Under the pieces are notes generated by a model. That model saw only the letters and a program-made list of their open reading frames with translations. It did no database searches and was not told the DNA's origin. The position numbers and the translations under genes were made by a program. From contig MGKD01000013.1 of the NCBI GenBank assembly GCA_001794605.1, positions 13,463 to 77,462 on the forward strand: a stretch of DNA of 64,000 bases. The letters are read 5' to 3'. This DNA is from Candidatus Yanofskybacteria bacterium RIFCSPHIGHO2_12_FULL_45_19b (lineage in GTDB: Bacteria > Patescibacteriota > Minisyncoccia > 2-02-FULL-40-12 > IGHO2-12-FULL-4). Shown piece after piece: positions 47,591-56,284 of the stretch (position 1 is its first letter; every line of letters begins with the position of its first letter).

Positions 47591-48742
47591 ATGGCGACTA
47601 CGAAGAAAAAAATTGCATATATTTCTGGTACGCGAGCTGATTTCGGCATTATGACCGCTATTTTAGAGGCGATTCGACAGCATCCAGCCCTGGATTTACA
47701 GTTGTATGCTACTGGGGTTCATCTGACTCCGGGATTTGGTACAACTTATCGGATGATTCAAAAACTTTTTTCACGGACCAAGCTAATTCGCGCAAGCTTT
47801 CAGTCGGATGATTTCTTTGGGGTAGCGCGTTTTTCTGGTCAGTTTATCTCTAAACTAGTTAGTATCTTTTCTAAGGATCGTCCAGATTTTGTGCTGTTAT
47901 TGGGGGATCGTCCAGAGCAGTTATGTGTGGCGCTGGTCTGTTTGTATTTGGGTATTCCCGCCGGGCATTTCAGAGGAGGTGAGGTTTCTTCTACTTTTGA
48001 CGAGACTGCTCGCCATGCCATTACCAAGCTGGCGAGTTTGCATTTTCCCGCCACCAAGGAGGCAGCCAAGAGAATTGAGAAAATGGGGGAGGAAAAATGG
48101 CGCATTCACACGGTGGGAGAGGCATCTCTAGACGTAATCTTGCACCAACCATTGCCCAGTCGAGAGGCCGTATTAAAGTTTCTGGGATTAGCGGCGGGAC
48201 AAAAGTTTATTTTACTAACACAACATCCAGTAAGCTATGAGCTGGCCGACACTAGTCAACAGATTCGGGAAACTATAAAAGCGGTTAAAGCCATCGGCTT
48301 GCCAGTTGTAGTAACCTACCCGCATGCTGATGCTGGCGGAAGAAAGATTATTCTTGAAATTGAAAGAGAAAGAGATAATTCATTATTTAAAATTTTTCCT
48401 AGTTTGGAATACAAACTTTTTTTAGCGTTAGAACGAGAAGCGGCCGTTTGGGTCGGTAACTCCAGCGGTGCCTTGGTAGAATCCTCTTCTTTTGCCACGC
48501 CAGTAGTAAATATCGGTACTCGGCAAAAAGGTCGTCAACGTGGTGGAAACGTGCTTGACGTTGGTTATGATCAGGATGAAATTATAGTTGCCATCAAAAA
48601 ATCTCTAGCCCTAAGCTACCTAGCTAAGTTAAAAAGACTAAAAAATCCTTGGGGGGATGGCAAGACCGGGAAACGGGTGGCAGAAATTATAGGAAATCTA
48701 ACTATTGACAATAAACTGTTAAACAAACAGATCGCTTATTGA
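47591..48742 (+). CDS. UDP-N-acetylglucosamine 2-epimerase NeuC-like (second paralog)
   Basis: IAYISGTRADFGIM, HFRGGE, GNSSG. Confidence 0.75.
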   Translation: MATTKKKIAYISGTRADFGIMTAILEAIRQHPALDLQLYATGVHLTPGFGTTYRMIQKLFSRTKLIRASFQSDDFFGVARFSGQFISKLVSIFSKDRPDFVLLLGDRPEQLCVALVCLYLGIPAGHFRGGEVSSTFDETARHAITKLASLHFPATKEAAKRIEKMGEEKWRIHTVGEASLDVILHQPLPSREAVLKFLGLAAGQKFILLTQHPVSYELADTSQQIRETIKAVKAIGLPVVVTYPHADAGGRKIILEIERERDNSLFKIFPSLEYKLFLALEREAAVWVGNSSGALVESSSFATPVVNIGTRQKGRQRGGNVLDVGYDQDEIIVAIKKSLALSYLAKLKRLKNPWGDGKTGKRVAEIIGNLTIDNKLLNKQIAY

Positions 48743-48828
48743 TAAGTGTGAGTCACCGTAGGTTAAATATGACAAGTCTAAATAAATGTGTTAGAAGTTT
48801 AGAAGATTCATTAAAAAGGGGGTTTGGC

Positions 48829-49602
48829 ATGTCTAAACTGAAAAAAGCAGTACTTTTGGGGAGAAAAAAGGGAGCTAGCGATGCGCTGATCCATCTATGG
48901 CGCTTAGGGGTGGAGGTTCCCTTGGTGGTAGTAGAGGGTTCTGACTTGGCGGAGTCGGCGGGGCGATTAGGTATTAAGGTCTTGTTTGACGATGCTGAAT
49001 TATATACCCTAATTGAACAAGGCGATCAGTTGGTGACGGAGGTGGATTTGGTGGTTTCTTATTTGTTTGTAAAACGGATTAAGGAGCCACTTTTTAAGCT
49101 GGGTCGCCTGGGTTGTCTGAACTTTCATCCAGCACCGTTACCGGATTACAAAAGTCGAGCGGGCTACAACACAGCAATTTTGGATCGCAAAAATGAGTTT
49201 GGGGTCAGTGTTCATTTTATCGACTCAGAGCAATTTGATGCTGGTCCGATTATTGAGGTGTTGCGTTGGCCGATTGATTCGCAAGCAGAGACAGTGCTTT
49301 CACTAGAGAGTACCGCCCAGGAAAAACTGTTCGTATTATTTAAGAAAACGATACAACGTTTTATGCGCGGTGAACAAATTATCACTTTCGCTAACGCCGG
49401 AGGATACTATTTAACCTCTAAACAATTGGAAGCCATGAAAGAAGTTGATCTAGAAAAAGATTCACTGGAGGAAATTGATCGCAAGATCAGGGCGTTCTTT
49501 TTTCCACCCTATACCGGGGCGTACATTAGAGTGGGTGGCCAGAAGATTACCCTAGTAAACCAGACAGTTCTCGATCTGTTAGCTAGAAAGATCACCAAAT
49601 GA
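48829..49602 (+). CDS. formyltransferase-domain protein (sugar N-formyltransferase/Fmt-like)
   Basis: NFHPAPLPDYKSRAGYNTAIL, like the NIHPSLLPKYRG formyltransferase motif. Confidence 0.55.
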   Translation: MSKLKKAVLLGRKKGASDALIHLWRLGVEVPLVVVEGSDLAESAGRLGIKVLFDDAELYTLIEQGDQLVTEVDLVVSYLFVKRIKEPLFKLGRLGCLNFHPAPLPDYKSRAGYNTAILDRKNEFGVSVHFIDSEQFDAGPIIEVLRWPIDSQAETVLSLESTAQEKLFVLFKKTIQRFMRGEQIITFANAGGYYLTSKQLEAMKEVDLEKDSLEEIDRKIRAFFFPPYTGAYIRVGGQKITLVNQTVLDLLARKITK

Positions 49603-50732
49603 AATATCCGATTGCAAAACCCTATATTGGGAAGGAGGAAAAAGCTGTGGTAGCTAAGGTTTTGCGTTCCGGTGTTCTGAGTATTGGGCCAGAGGTGGTA
49701 GCTTTTGAAAAAGCCTTTGCGCTGAAACTTGGAACTAAGTTTGCTTGCGCGGTTTCTAGTGGTACGGCCGGACTGCACCTGACTATGTTGGCCGCCGGAC
49801 TTAAAAAGGGGGATGAGGTTTTAACTTCCCCCTTTTCTTTTATTGCGTCTGCCAATGCCATTCTTTATGTAGGCGCTACCCCGGTATTTGTAGACATCAA
49901 TCCGGTTAGTTTCAATATTGATCCGGACAAAATTGAAGAAAAGATTACCACCAAGACCAAGGCTATTTTGGTAGTACATATTTTTGGACAGTCTGCTGAT
50001 ATGAAACCAATTCTAAAACTAGCCAATAAATATAAGTTAAAAGTAATTGAGGATGCTTGTGAGTCTTTGAATGCCAGCTATCACGGCAAAAAGGTGGGGA
50101 CCTTTGGTGAGTCGGCCGTGTTTGCCTTCTATCCCAATAAACAGATGACTACGGGTGAAGGCGGTATGATAGTTACTAACGACCGATCAGTTGATGCTTT
50201 GTGCCGTAGTCTGCGTAATCAAGGACGCTCTGGTAATATGCAGTGGTTAGATCACGAACGACTGGGCTATAATTATCGCCTGGATGAGATGAGCGCCGCC
50301 CTGGGACGAGTGCAACTGCAAAAGTTAGACTGGTTAATTGCCGAGAAACGACGTATCGCCGCGCTTTACAAGAAGCATCTGGCGCCGTATCAAAAATTTT
50401 TACTATTGCCAAGAATTATATCAGGCAATATTCATAGTTGGTTCGTTTACGTGATCAATATCAAAAACCCTTTAATAAAAAGAGACGCAGTGATTGAAGA
50501 CCTAGAAAAACTAGGTATCAGCACCAAGGCTTATTTGCCCTCTATCCACCTGTTTAGTTTTTATAAAAAACTATTTAAGTATAAGCGGGGAGATTTTCCA
50601 GTTTCTGAAGCGGTGAGCGATTGTTCACTCGCCCTCCCGTTCTATATTGGCTTAAAAGAAAAAGATATAAAAATAATCAGTAATATAGTGGTAGCTACAC
50701 TAGAAAAACATGAAAAATATCTTCAAAAATAA
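49599..50732 (+). CDS. DegT/DnrJ/EryC1/StrS-family sugar aminotransferase (PseC/LegC-like)
   Basis: AFYPNKQMTTGEGGMIVTND. Confidence 0.85.
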   Translation: MKYPIAKPYIGKEEKAVVAKVLRSGVLSIGPEVVAFEKAFALKLGTKFACAVSSGTAGLHLTMLAAGLKKGDEVLTSPFSFIASANAILYVGATPVFVDINPVSFNIDPDKIEEKITTKTKAILVVHIFGQSADMKPILKLANKYKLKVIEDACESLNASYHGKKVGTFGESAVFAFYPNKQMTTGEGGMIVTNDRSVDALCRSLRNQGRSGNMQWLDHERLGYNYRLDEMSAALGRVQLQKLDWLIAEKRRIAALYKKHLAPYQKFLLLPRIISGNIHSWFVYVINIKNPLIKRDAVIEDLEKLGISTKAYLPSIHLFSFYKKLFKYKRGDFPVSEAVSDCSLALPFYIGLKEKDIKIISNIVVATLEKHEKYLQK

Positions 50733-51711
50733 AATAATTCTGGTTACCGGTGGCACCGGCAGTATTGGTTCTAGTATCGTTCGACAGCTGCTTGCCTATG
50801 GACCAAAGCAGGTCAGAGTATTATCGCGTAACGAAACGCGCCAGTACGAACTGTTGGAAGCGCTAGATTATCCCGACAACCTACGGATGTTTATCGGTGA
50901 CATTAGGGATCGCGACCGTCTGCAACTGGCTTTTCGTAATGTGGATATAGTCTTTCATGCCGCAGCATTGAAACATGTTCCATTTTGTGAATATAACCCA
51001 ACTGAGGCAATGAAGACCAATATTGTTGGTTCACATAATGTTATTGATGCGGCTGTTCATGCTGGTGTAAAAAAGGTAATTGCCATTTCTACCGATAAGG
51101 TGGCCAATCCCTTTAATGTATTGGGGGTATCGAAATTGATGATGGAAAAACTTTTTATTAACTCGGATTTTATCACGGGGGATGATATAAAGTTTTCTTG
51201 TGTGCGTTTTGGCAATGTTGCCTGGTCAGATGGTTCAGTACTGCCGTTTTGGAAAAGGCAGGCCGAAAAGAAGGGGTCTATCAACGTAATGAATGGTAAG
51301 TCTACGCGTTTTTTTATGTCTATTGACCAAGCCGTTGGACTCACCTTGCAAGCGGCCGAGTTAAGTCAGGGGGCGGATATTTTTGTACTTAAAATGCCAG
51401 CGATTAGTCTAGCCGATTTAGCCAAGATTTTTATTAAAAAATATTACCCCAAGGCAAAAATTAAAGAGGTAGATAGCCGCCCAGGAGATAAGCTACACGA
51501 AGATTTGATAGGAGTTAACGAGTGGAACCGAGAGATTTGGAGCAATCAAAAGATGTTTGTCCTATTGGCTGCTACCAGTATCTACAATCAAGCCGAGAGA
51601 CCCAAGAAGTATTTTGGAGTAAAATATCCTGGCTTTAAACTGGTGACTGGTGCTTTGAGTTATTCTTCGCAGGAAAATATTGATACCGATGCTGTGGTGA
51701 AGATTATCTAA
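50710..51711 (+). CDS. UDP/GDP-GlcNAc 4,6-dehydratase, PseB/LegB/CapD-like SDR
   Basis: ILVTGGTGSIGSSI; FHAAALKHVPFCEYNP. Confidence 0.85.
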   Translation: MKNIFKNKIILVTGGTGSIGSSIVRQLLAYGPKQVRVLSRNETRQYELLEALDYPDNLRMFIGDIRDRDRLQLAFRNVDIVFHAAALKHVPFCEYNPTEAMKTNIVGSHNVIDAAVHAGVKKVIAISTDKVANPFNVLGVSKLMMEKLFINSDFITGDDIKFSCVRFGNVAWSDGSVLPFWKRQAEKKGSINVMNGKSTRFFMSIDQAVGLTLQAAELSQGADIFVLKMPAISLADLAKIFIKKYYPKAKIKEVDSRPGDKLHEDLIGVNEWNREIWSNQKMFVLLAATSIYNQAERPKKYFGVKYPGFKLVTGALSYSSQENIDTDAVVKII

Positions 51712-51713
51712 AC

Positions 51714-52886
51714 ATGCCTAACGACGCTCGTCTCATTACCTGGCCGTATTATGCCTTAGGAGTAGCACCGTCCTTAGCTCCAATGGAAGAGTGGGTGATT
51801 TTTTTTGGTGCAGATTTCTATAATATGACCGAGATTGATATCCCGGCTTTTATTGAAAAAACTAACCAGTGCCTAGACTATTTGAGAAAAAAGTTTCCAG
51901 GCAGTAAATTGATCTATCGTCCACATCCGGATGAAAGCAGGGAGCTGTTCGACCTAGATTTAGGTGGGTTTTTTATTCAGCGAGATGGCCAATCCGCCGA
52001 AGAATTTCTTTGGGCTAATCAAAGAAATATCAAACACGCTTTGTCGGTTTGTTCCACCTCTTCAATTGCAGCGCTTAGTTTAGGTTTAAATGCTCATGCT
52101 TTTTACAAATATTTCCGGGGGGTTTTTCGTGGTGCACACAAGATTTTTGTGGACAAATATTTTAGTGATCTGCCTGGCGACTTTTTTATTGAAGATTTAA
52201 ACAGTGCTCCACCGGAAAATAAGATAAATATATTGCCAGATCGGACTTTTATTGAGGAGTTTAGACAAATTATTTCTGTTAATTCTGGCTCACTGTGGTT
52301 TATCGTGGCAGAGAGCCGTCTCTTGCTGGTCATTACTGCTCTAACTAAGTTAGTAAAAAGCTTTTTTCCCGATCGGCAGATTAACTTAATAATTTCCGGA
52401 CATCATCGTTGGCAGGGTCAAACCCTAACGGCTTTGCATCAAGATTTTCACCAGGTTTTGGTATTTCCCCGGTGCTTCTATTCGCTAAAGCTGAATAAGT
52501 TATTTTCTGCTTGGCGTACGGCTAAAAAAATAAAGAAATTATCAGTTAACTCAAGTTCCATTTTTATTGGTTTGGCACACCATAGTTTTATTGAAAATTG
52601 TTTTATTTCTTATCATCCAAAACCTTTTAAGCTGGCTTTTATACCGGAAAAAACCTGGGAAATAACTTTCCAACCAGAAAGGTCTGGTTTTAATCTCAAA
52701 AACCTTCGTGTTACCAAAGCTGGCTGGTTTTATAACTATTTTTTGGAACCATTTTTAGGTCTCAATCGCACCAGCTATCAGCAATATAGTGAACCAAGCC
52801 ACTTAGCATTTATTCGGTTGCAAAAGTCGTTGGAGCAACTATATGACCGAGTTTTTCTATTCAAAAACTGTCCACCCTCTCATTAG
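51714..52886 (+). CDS. hypothetical protein with HP motif; paralog of 35753-36958
   Basis: Same conserved blocks as its paralog. Last gene of the operon. Confidence 0.35.
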   Translation: MPNDARLITWPYYALGVAPSLAPMEEWVIFFGADFYNMTEIDIPAFIEKTNQCLDYLRKKFPGSKLIYRPHPDESRELFDLDLGGFFIQRDGQSAEEFLWANQRNIKHALSVCSTSSIAALSLGLNAHAFYKYFRGVFRGAHKIFVDKYFSDLPGDFFIEDLNSAPPENKINILPDRTFIEEFRQIISVNSGSLWFIVAESRLLLVITALTKLVKSFFPDRQINLIISGHHRWQGQTLTALHQDFHQVLVFPRCFYSLKLNKLFSAWRTAKKIKKLSVNSSSIFIGLAHHSFIENCFISYHPKPFKLAFIPEKTWEITFQPERSGFNLKNLRVTKAGWFYNYFLEPFLGLNRTSYQQYSEPSHLAFIRLQKSLEQLYDRVFLFKNCPPSH

Positions 52887-52980
52887 TTTGTTTTTCAGGA
52901 TAACAGTTATCAACAGTTTAGTTATTGCCAAGCGGTTTTAGGTATATAATTGGGGGAATAGTTTAATTATACCCATACCT

Positions 52981-53943
52981 ATGGCAAAATATCGGCTTCT
53001 CGCGGCAGTTACAATAATTGCCTCATTCATGGGTGGAACGGCCTTCGCTGCTTCCACTATCGGTACCAATATGAGTACCACTGGAACGCTGACGGTCACC
53101 AGCGATTCCGCTACGGCAGTGCAGTTCCAAAATGCAGCTGGCACCACTACGGTTTTTATTGTGGATGCATCGAATACTCGGGCGGGAGTTAACGCCGGTG
53201 GAGCGGTAGACACCACCTTTGAGGTGGGTGGCACCGCTTCTATCTCTGGTATGGTTTCTCTTTACGGCCATGCTTCTACTTCTGGCAATTTCGAGATGAC
53301 CTCTTCTAGCGCCCTATTCGGTGCTAATGCGGGGGGGACTATTGATACGATGTTGGAAATCGGCGGTACGGCTTCTATTTCTGGCTTCTCGAAGTTCGGT
53401 TCCCATGCCTCCGTAGCTGGTAATTTTGAATTGACTAGCAGTAGCGCGCTTTTAGGAGTTATTCCTGGCGGTACAATTGACACCAGTTTCGAGGTCGGTG
53501 GCACTGCCTCGATCAGCGGCATTATTACCTTGGGGGGTACTGGGTCAACTGGCGGCCAGTTTCGCCCAGGAGCTAATAGTGCTACGGCTTTTCGCTTTCA
53601 AAACGCGGCTGGCACTACCGACGTACTATCAATTGATACTTCCAATACTCGGGTAGGGGTCAATGCTGGGGGCACCCTAAATACCACTTTTGAAGTCGGT
53701 GGCACCGCTTCGATTACTAGTGTGTTTGCACTGACCAACTTTGTAGTCGGTAAAAATACTGCTAGCTCCAGCACCGCCTATTTAGGCGAGTTCTCTACCA
53801 CTGGTACAACCAGTCTCTTACTGCACGGCACTTCTTCTAACAAAGGCACCTGTTTACAGATGAAAAACACAGCCGGGACCATTGTCTATTTACGGGTAGA
53901 AGACACTACGCTTACCATCAATAATGTCACGTGTCATCCATAG
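52981..53943 (+). CDS. secreted tandem-repeat protein (about 40-aa GGT[IV]DT..EVGGTASISG repeats)
   Basis: Signal peptide. At least five repeats of the NAGG.xDTxFEVGGTASISG unit. Confidence 0.5.
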   Translation: MAKYRLLAAVTIIASFMGGTAFAASTIGTNMSTTGTLTVTSDSATAVQFQNAAGTTTVFIVDASNTRAGVNAGGAVDTTFEVGGTASISGMVSLYGHASTSGNFEMTSSSALFGANAGGTIDTMLEIGGTASISGFSKFGSHASVAGNFELTSSSALLGVIPGGTIDTSFEVGGTASISGIITLGGTGSTGGQFRPGANSATAFRFQNAAGTTDVLSIDTSNTRVGVNAGGTLNTTFEVGGTASITSVFALTNFVVGKNTASSSTAYLGEFSTTGTTSLLLHGTSSNKGTCLQMKNTAGTIVYLRVEDTTLTINNVTCHP

Positions 53944-53961
53944 TGCTGCTATTTATCTGCT

Positions 53962-54402
53962 ATGTCACTCAAGTTGAACCAGAGAAGTTTTCAGCTTTTC
54001 AATACTGTGGTGCTTGCTGTTCTATTGCTGCTGGCGCTGGTAGCCGTACTGATTCATTTTTACCGGCTTAGTACGGGGCGTGAGCGTACTACTGTGGTTG
54101 GTAGACAGGCTTACCAGGCGGTTTTTCTGACTAATGACCAGGTATATTTTGGTCATCTAGATGCCGTTGATACTAGATACCCTATCCTAGACGATGTTTA
54201 TTATGTTCAACTACTACCGGCCGATCCAAATAGCGACAAGTCAGCCTCCACTGGCCGAGTGGTGCGACTAATTGATAGCGCTACCCATAAACCCACTAAT
54301 CGTATGATACTTAATCGAGAGCAGATTCTTTTCTGGGAAGACCTATCTGACCGTTCTCCGATTCTGCAAAAAATTATGGAACTAAAACAAACCGTACAAT
54401 GA
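53962..54402 (+). CDS. hypothetical membrane-anchored protein
   Basis: Single N-terminal TM helix. Confidence 0.4.
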   Translation: MSLKLNQRSFQLFNTVVLAVLLLLALVAVLIHFYRLSTGRERTTVVGRQAYQAVFLTNDQVYFGHLDAVDTRYPILDDVYYVQLLPADPNSDKSASTGRVVRLIDSATHKPTNRMILNREQILFWEDLSDRSPILQKIMELKQTVQ

Positions 54403-55340
54403 AAAAGATATTATTATCAACTACTGTTTGCCTAAGTCTGATTCTGCTATCGGCCGGTGTACCTGATGCTTTGGCGGTGGGTAACGCTTATTTCCCGCAG
54501 AATACCACCCTAACTTTAGATGGATCAAACTACACCATTGTCCAGTCCTCTAATGCCGACCAGATTAGTACTAGTGGTGACACTCTGACCTTATTGATGT
54601 CAGCCGGACAGGAGTTTGTTTTAACATCAGCCGACCGGCGGGTGATGACCAATAGTGGTAACTATTCCTATTCTTGTTCCAGTAGTCAATCTAGTCTTAC
54701 TGTTAATATTCCGGTCGGCTCTAGCCAGACCACGGTTACGGTTACTCCAAAAGGTGATTGTACCACCTCTAATGTTAGTGGTGGCGGCGGAGGTACTAGC
54801 GGTGGAGGAGGAGGCGGGGGATCAGCCAGCGCTACTCCAACCACTACTCCCAGTGTTACTCCAAGTGCCAGCCCAGTCGGTAGCACTCGCGCTACGCCCA
54901 AAGCACACGGGTTAAAGGAGGGTGATACGGTTTCCGCCCAGGGTTCTAATGATCCTGATATCTACATCGTTAATGAACATGGCTTTAAGCGTCTATTTCT
55001 TAATCCAATCATCTTTAACTTCTATGGTCATTTAGGCGGTTTTAGTAAAGTAAACAAGATTACCGCTACGACCCGTGATGTTTTTGAGGTGTCCGGGCTA
55101 TTCCGCAACTGCGAGAGTAACGATAAAAAAGTCTATGGGGTAGAGGTAACCGGGGAAGATGTGGGGATGCTACACCACGTTAATCTGACGGGTGATCAAG
55201 CGGTCGCCCAAGATGCGGAATTCTTTAAAAAGGTTTTCTGTATTAATAATAACGAATTTAACTGGTATACGGCCAAGGGCACTAACTTTGGTTCGGTTTA
55301 TTCCGCCCTCAGTCAGTTGCCAATTTATAAACGCAAATAG
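54399..55340 (+). CDS. secreted protein: N-terminal beta domain, Gly/Pro-Thr linker, C-terminal ~115-aa domain shared with the S-layer-like protein
   Basis: DPDIYIVNEHGFKRLFLNPIIFNFYGHLGG...FCINNNEFNWY is nearly identical in pattern to 7444-11046 aa 80-195. Confidence 0.5.
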   Translation: MKKILLSTTVCLSLILLSAGVPDALAVGNAYFPQNTTLTLDGSNYTIVQSSNADQISTSGDTLTLLMSAGQEFVLTSADRRVMTNSGNYSYSCSSSQSSLTVNIPVGSSQTTVTVTPKGDCTTSNVSGGGGGTSGGGGGGGSASATPTTTPSVTPSASPVGSTRATPKAHGLKEGDTVSAQGSNDPDIYIVNEHGFKRLFLNPIIFNFYGHLGGFSKVNKITATTRDVFEVSGLFRNCESNDKKVYGVEVTGEDVGMLHHVNLTGDQAVAQDAEFFKKVFCINNNEFNWYTAKGTNFGSVYSALSQLPIYKRK

Positions 55341-55355
55341 ACTTTAGTTTTTCAC

Positions 55356-55394
55356 AAAAGCCGGACGATACCGCCCGGCTTTTGTATTGTTTTG
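55356..55394 (+). terminator. rho-independent terminator aaaagccgg...ccggctttt + T-run
   Basis: Stem-loop followed by ttttgtattgtttt. Confidence 0.6.
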
Positions 55395-55420
55395 CTGATC
55401 TGGTATAGTTTTGATAAATT

Positions 55421-56284
55421 GTGAAGAGAATTTTTGAACTAGGAAAAAGTTCTTACCGCTTTTTGCGGCGCTGGCTAAGGATTAGTCGGTTTTACGCTGG
55501 TGGGGAAAAGCCCTGGAGCAGGGGATATTTTGAATACAAGTGGCGGGCGATAGCTAAAGCTATTAATGACCCGAGGCTTAGGCAACTATTCGAGCGTGGC
55601 GGCAATCTGCCGCGGGGGTATGGCTTTGGCATTGATGAGCGCATCATTGAACTGCCTTGGGCATTAGCACAGTTATCGGAACAGCCACTAAGCCTACTAG
55701 ATGCTGGCTCGGCCTTAAACTTTTTGCCACTCATTATTCACTCCAAACTCAAAAACAAAAAACTGACCATTATTACGTTGGCTCCCGAGACCAATAATTT
55801 TTCGCGGCAAGGTGTGAGATATACCTATGGTGATATGCGTAAACTTCGGTTTGCAGATCAAGCCTTTGATGCTATCACTTGCATCTCTACTCTCGAACAT
55901 GTTGGTCTAGATAACCAAGCTATTTATACACACGAACAAAAATATGCGGAAAATCATCCGGCCGATTATCTAGTCGCGCTGAAGCAGCTTTATCGAGTCT
56001 TGCGCCCGGGCGGGACCCTGCTCCTAACAGTGCCTTTCGGCCAGTATGTTAATATTGGTTTCATGCAACAGTTTACTCCCGAAATGGTAGATAAAGTAGT
56101 GAGCGTTTGCCCCTGGAAGCAGTCTGTAGTAACGTACTACAAATACCACTCGGGCGGATGGGATGTTAGTACCCGTGAGCAGGCCGAAGGTGTAAAATAT
56201 TTTAATATCCATACTACTAAGAAAATTGAGGCCGATGGCGCGGCCGCCGCGCGGGCAGTGGCTTGTATTAAACTAACAAAATGA
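55421..56284 (+). CDS. class I SAM-dependent methyltransferase
   Basis: LLDAGSALNF; RPGGTLLLTVPFG. Confidence 0.65.
   Translation: MKRIFELGKSSYRFLRRWLRISRFYAGGEKPWSRGYFEYKWRAIAKAINDPRLRQLFERGGNLPRGYGFGIDERIIELPWALAQLSEQPLSLLDAGSALNFLPLIIHSKLKNKKLTIITLAPETNNFSRQGVRYTYGDMRKLRFADQAFDAITCISTLEHVGLDNQAIYTHEQKYAENHPADYLVALKQLYRVLRPGGTLLLTVPFGQYVNIGFMQQFTPEMVDKVVSVCPWKQSVVTYYKYHSGGWDVSTREQAEGVKYFNIHTTKKIEADGAAAARAVACIKLTK

Noticed and set aside
52925-52950. Possible promoter ttgcca-N14-tataat upstream of the tandem-repeat protein gene
   Set aside because: Spacer of 14 nt is too short for a canonical sigma70 promoter. The tataat box alone is plausible but not reported as a feature.
53023-53522. Minus-strand ORFs overlapping the tandem-repeat protein gene
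   Set aside because: Produced by the DNA-level tandem repeats; the plus-strand ORF has a signal peptide and consistent periodicity.
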